A stretch of 64,000 nucleotides of DNA, from NCBI GenBank assembly GCA_964036045.1, contig OZ038378.1, positions 200,384,001-200,448,000 of the forward strand, read 5' to 3'. The stretch comes from Eutreptiella sp. 'Long Island Sound 2002'. Taxonomy: Eukaryota > Protista > Euglenida. Below, one piece after another: positions 60,599 to 64,000 of this stretch. The stretch's first letter is position 1. Each line of letters opens with the position of its first letter. Both the position numbers and the translations under genes were made by a program. Under the pieces are notes generated by a model. The model saw only the letters and a program-made list of their open reading frames with translations, made no database searches and was not told the DNA's origin.

Positions 60599-61761
60599 CC
60601 TCAAAAAAGTGATATCCATTTTAGGGGATAGGGGCCTCAGAATCAAAAAATCCATTGGGGGATGGTCTTATTGGGCAAAATAATGATTTTACAAGGGGTT
60701 GGACATCAAATATCATGCCTTGGGGTATGCTACGCGAATGACCCCAAAAAAGGGGGGTATACGACGCCCGCGCCTGCGCTTGATCTAACAACCTCTCTTC
60801 GAGGTGATTCCTCAAGAACAGCAGAAAAACTGTCGTAGATGTCTTTCGGTCAAAAAAAAGGTACACACTCCGCAAGAACACACACACACACACACACACC
60901 TACCAATGGTATGCGGGCATTGAGATTTAGAAAGGAATGTTTTGGAGCCGTGCCCTGCTGTACCGTCCTACGGGTGGAAATGCCGAAATGCCAGTTGCCA
61001 TTGAAGACCCTCCGTGAGAGGTCTACTGCCTTCGGGGTGGCCAGTGGGTTAGAGTCCAAATAAACTCCCCATGTACTGCTGAGGTCCCCCCCCGCCCCTG
61101 TTGCACATAGTCGACCATAACCAAGACCATATCTTCGGCTATGCAGCTCATACTAACGTTCCGAGGGCGCGTGGGCCACCCTCAAAAAAGTGATATCCAT
61201 TTTAGGGGATAGGGGCCTCAGAATCAAAAAATCCATTGGGGGATGGTCTTATTGGGCAAAATAATGATTTTACAAGGGGTTGGACATCAAATATCATGCC
61301 TTGGGGTATGCTACGCGAATGACCCCAAAAAAGGGGGGTATACGACGCCCGCGCCTGCGCTTGATCTAACAACCTCTCTTCGAGGTGATTCCTCAAGAAC
61401 AGCAGAAAAACTGTCGTAGATGTCTTTCGGTCAAAAAAAGGGTACACACTCCGCAAGAACACACACACACACACACACACCTACCAATGGTATGCGGGCA
61501 TTGAGATTTAGAAAGGAATGTTTTGGAGCCGTGCCCTGCTGTACCGTCCTACGGGTGGAAATGCCGAAATGCCAGTTGCCATTGAAGACCCTCCGTGAGA
61601 GGTCTACTGCCTTCGGGGTGGCCAGTGGGTTAGAGTCCAAATAAACTCCCCATGTACTGCTGAGGTCCCCCCCCGCCCCTGTTGCACATAGTCGACCATA
61701 ACCAAGACCATATCTTCGGCTATGCAGCTCATACTAACGTTCCGAGGGCGCGTGGGCCACC
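60599..61761. repeat. 581-bp tandem duplication (2 copies, near-identical)
   Basis: cctcaaaaaagtgatatcc.. starts at 60599 and 61180. One A/G difference seen (caaaaaaaagg versus caaaaaaaggg). Confidence 0.95.
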
Positions 61762-62949
61762 CGCAGCCCCCCACTTTTGGTGATTTCCACCCCTCCAAAT
61801 TGCCCAAACGGACGACTAGACCCCAGTACCGGTGCTAATTATGCTGCGGCCAGGTGCAAGCTCGAGCCCAATCAGGTGGGCGGAAACATGGCCCAGGTGA
61901 AGGTGCCCATACCTCCTTGAGGGATTATTTAGGGCGCAAGGGCACACAGTACACAGCACAACATGCACAGACCAAAGGCGTGGCAAAAACAAATAGCATC
62001 AAGTCGAATGTTCTAGGGGATGTCAAAATTGATGATTAGCGCGCAATATGTTTTTAGCAATAATACTTCAACTTGAAGTGCTGTGCATGCTCATCAGCCC
62101 ACTGGAATCCACACGACAGTCATGGTGTACCACCTCACCAGGTGATGGACCAGCCAGCACCGTGCTCTGAGCATTCGAAATGAACATGAATACCCGCAGA
62201 ATAGGGGAATAATGTGACTACCCCGTCCCCCCCTTGTCCTGGCTACGCAAAAGTCCCAAATTAATGAGGTCCCATGCCTGCTGTAGCTTGGACAAGGGAG
62301 TAGCTTGCGCGCGCGCGACACATACAACTACCGACACACACGTGAGTCATCGCATGGGGGGGTATTGTGCAGAAATATATCCCAAATCAGAGCTATGTGG
62401 GTTCAACTGGGCAACAACAAATGTGTCCATGACCTTATGTAGCTGGCAAATTTGTAACCAAACCCATGTCTCATGTGGCTGCACTACATTTGGTACCGCA
62501 TTAAAGAAAGTCCCAAACTAATACGGTCCCTACGCCTACTGTAGCTCGGACAAGGGCGTAGCTAGGACAAAAGGGGGGGGGGATACCATCAATGACAAAT
62601 CATGCATAAATCCACGTGAACCAAGAGAGCACTTATAACGCAATGCACCAATACTACTGGCCAGAACAGCAACTACCAGCAACACAATACAACCTAAAAC
62701 CATTCTTGATCCCAAAAACACATTGATGGTGACGGTTACCTCAGGTGCCTGGGGGGTGTTCAAAGGGGGGAATGCTTCCAAAATGCCCCAAACCCCCATG
62801 CACAAACAGACAAAACGTTGCAGGAAAAGCACCTTGAGCTTTTTGGGTGAGCCACTGTCCATGCACATCCCTGGAACCCATGGACAACACCACAACACCA
62901 TAACTTCAGCACTGAAACGCCTGCCAACCGTTGTCCAAGTGCAACGGCA

Positions 62950-63200
62950 TTAAAGACTAACGAGCAGCAAGGTCCACAGCTAGGGCAACAATAAGAATTA
63001 CACCCCTGAAGGTGGTCATAGATGCACTGAGGGCCCTGTGAAGCCCCGTCCCCACCCCCCTTTCTCTCTCTTGGGGCACACCAATATGAGCTGGCGTAGC
63101 CCGCTCACTGTATGGTACTCGAGATAACTCTGTCTCTTTCTCCAAATTTGCGACTTGCAGCAAAATTTTGTACTTTCAGGATGCCTGCACAATGGTGTAA
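62950..63200 (-). mobile_element. Possible non-LTR RT C-terminal remnant
   Basis: 'RQLILVCPKREKGGWG' resembles the 'LPxxxGGxG' motif downstream of non-LTR RT domains. Confidence 0.35.
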
Positions 63201-64000
63201 GACAGTGTTTGCCAAACGTGCTCCGCATGGACTTGACACACTGCGCGTGCGTTGCAGTCATCGTGGGTCGGGGACGACAGGGGACAGGGGGGCAGAGGGA
63301 GATCAGAGGCACTGCTCTGCTCCCTTGCCCTCTAGAGTACCCTTGTCTACCCCTCCATGGAAAGGGCCCATGATGTTCTGAACAATTTCGAAGACACATG
63401 GGCCTGACTGGGGCCGGGATCGGGCGCTTTTTGCATGGAGGCCCCACTGGAGGACCTGAGCGATCCCATCATTTTAACTGGATAGTAGGACCCATCCTGC
63501 GTGCAGGCACCAGCACCCGGTTCTACGGGGAGACACGGGAGGGGCAAGGCGTAGGAAAAAGTGTGTGTGACGTGTGTCTCACACCCTCGTTCTGCCACAC
63601 TCACACAGCATGTGCCCCTGCGGGGAAGGCCAAGGGCTTTCCTCCCTGCGTCTCTCTGCTTGCTACCATTGTGCCAAGTGTGTACCCCAAGCATCCAAAG
63701 CACGTTTGTATCCCGAAAATGGATACAAACGTATCCTGCGCTGACGGTGAGATGGAGGATTTGCACATCTGCTACGGAACAAGCAACCTCGGGTCACATA
63801 TGAGCATATAGCAGATCGATAGCTGATACATAAACAGCTCAGGGTAGCAATGGTCACCACGGTGCAGGCCCCCGAGGACATGCGGCACATGAAATATTTC
63901 TGGCGTGTATCACGGCCACCGCTGGCGTGGCGCAATGCTCCACACAGACCGACAAGGGTGGCAGGGAACCGTAGTGGCTGTCCCCCCTTCAAGCCCCCGT

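Overview
Eukaryotic, transposon-dense window with GT-AG introns and no rRNA or CRISPR. The main host gene is on the minus strand (59104 to 43134). It has 13 near-identical exon-intron units, each with an 84-nt exon encoding one 28-aa ribonuclease-inhibitor-type LRR. These are followed by a probable 56-nt linker exon and a 2001-nt exon encoding a non-RD TKL-like kinase fused to an R-S-E (ExE) ADP-ribosyltransferase (ART). The LRR introns are almost invariant, while the exons vary mainly at the ligand-facing LxLxxNx positions. One variable codon is split by the intron, so exon joins create new stop-free residues. A second ART exon and a decayed ART tail lie downstream. A very young tyrosine-recombinase (YR) retrotransposon (gag-YR-RT/RNaseH, split direct repeats, TTC crossover core, no TSD) sits in one LRR intron, and two older relatives lie at about 7.4-11.9 kb and 25.8-30.0 kb. 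The left half also has a decayed RAG1/Transib-like transposase beside intronless methyltransferase and 2OG-Fe(II) oxygenase remnants, a spliced DDE-like transposase, a nested TIR element, LINE RNase H remnants, tRNA-like heads and several satellites. TE ORFs are repeatedly broken by CAG-context C-to-T changes giving TAG. The gag-YR-RT order resembles kinetoplastid VIPER/TATE, which hints at a euglenozoan host (inference only). All family calls come from motif reading by eye; no database search was run.
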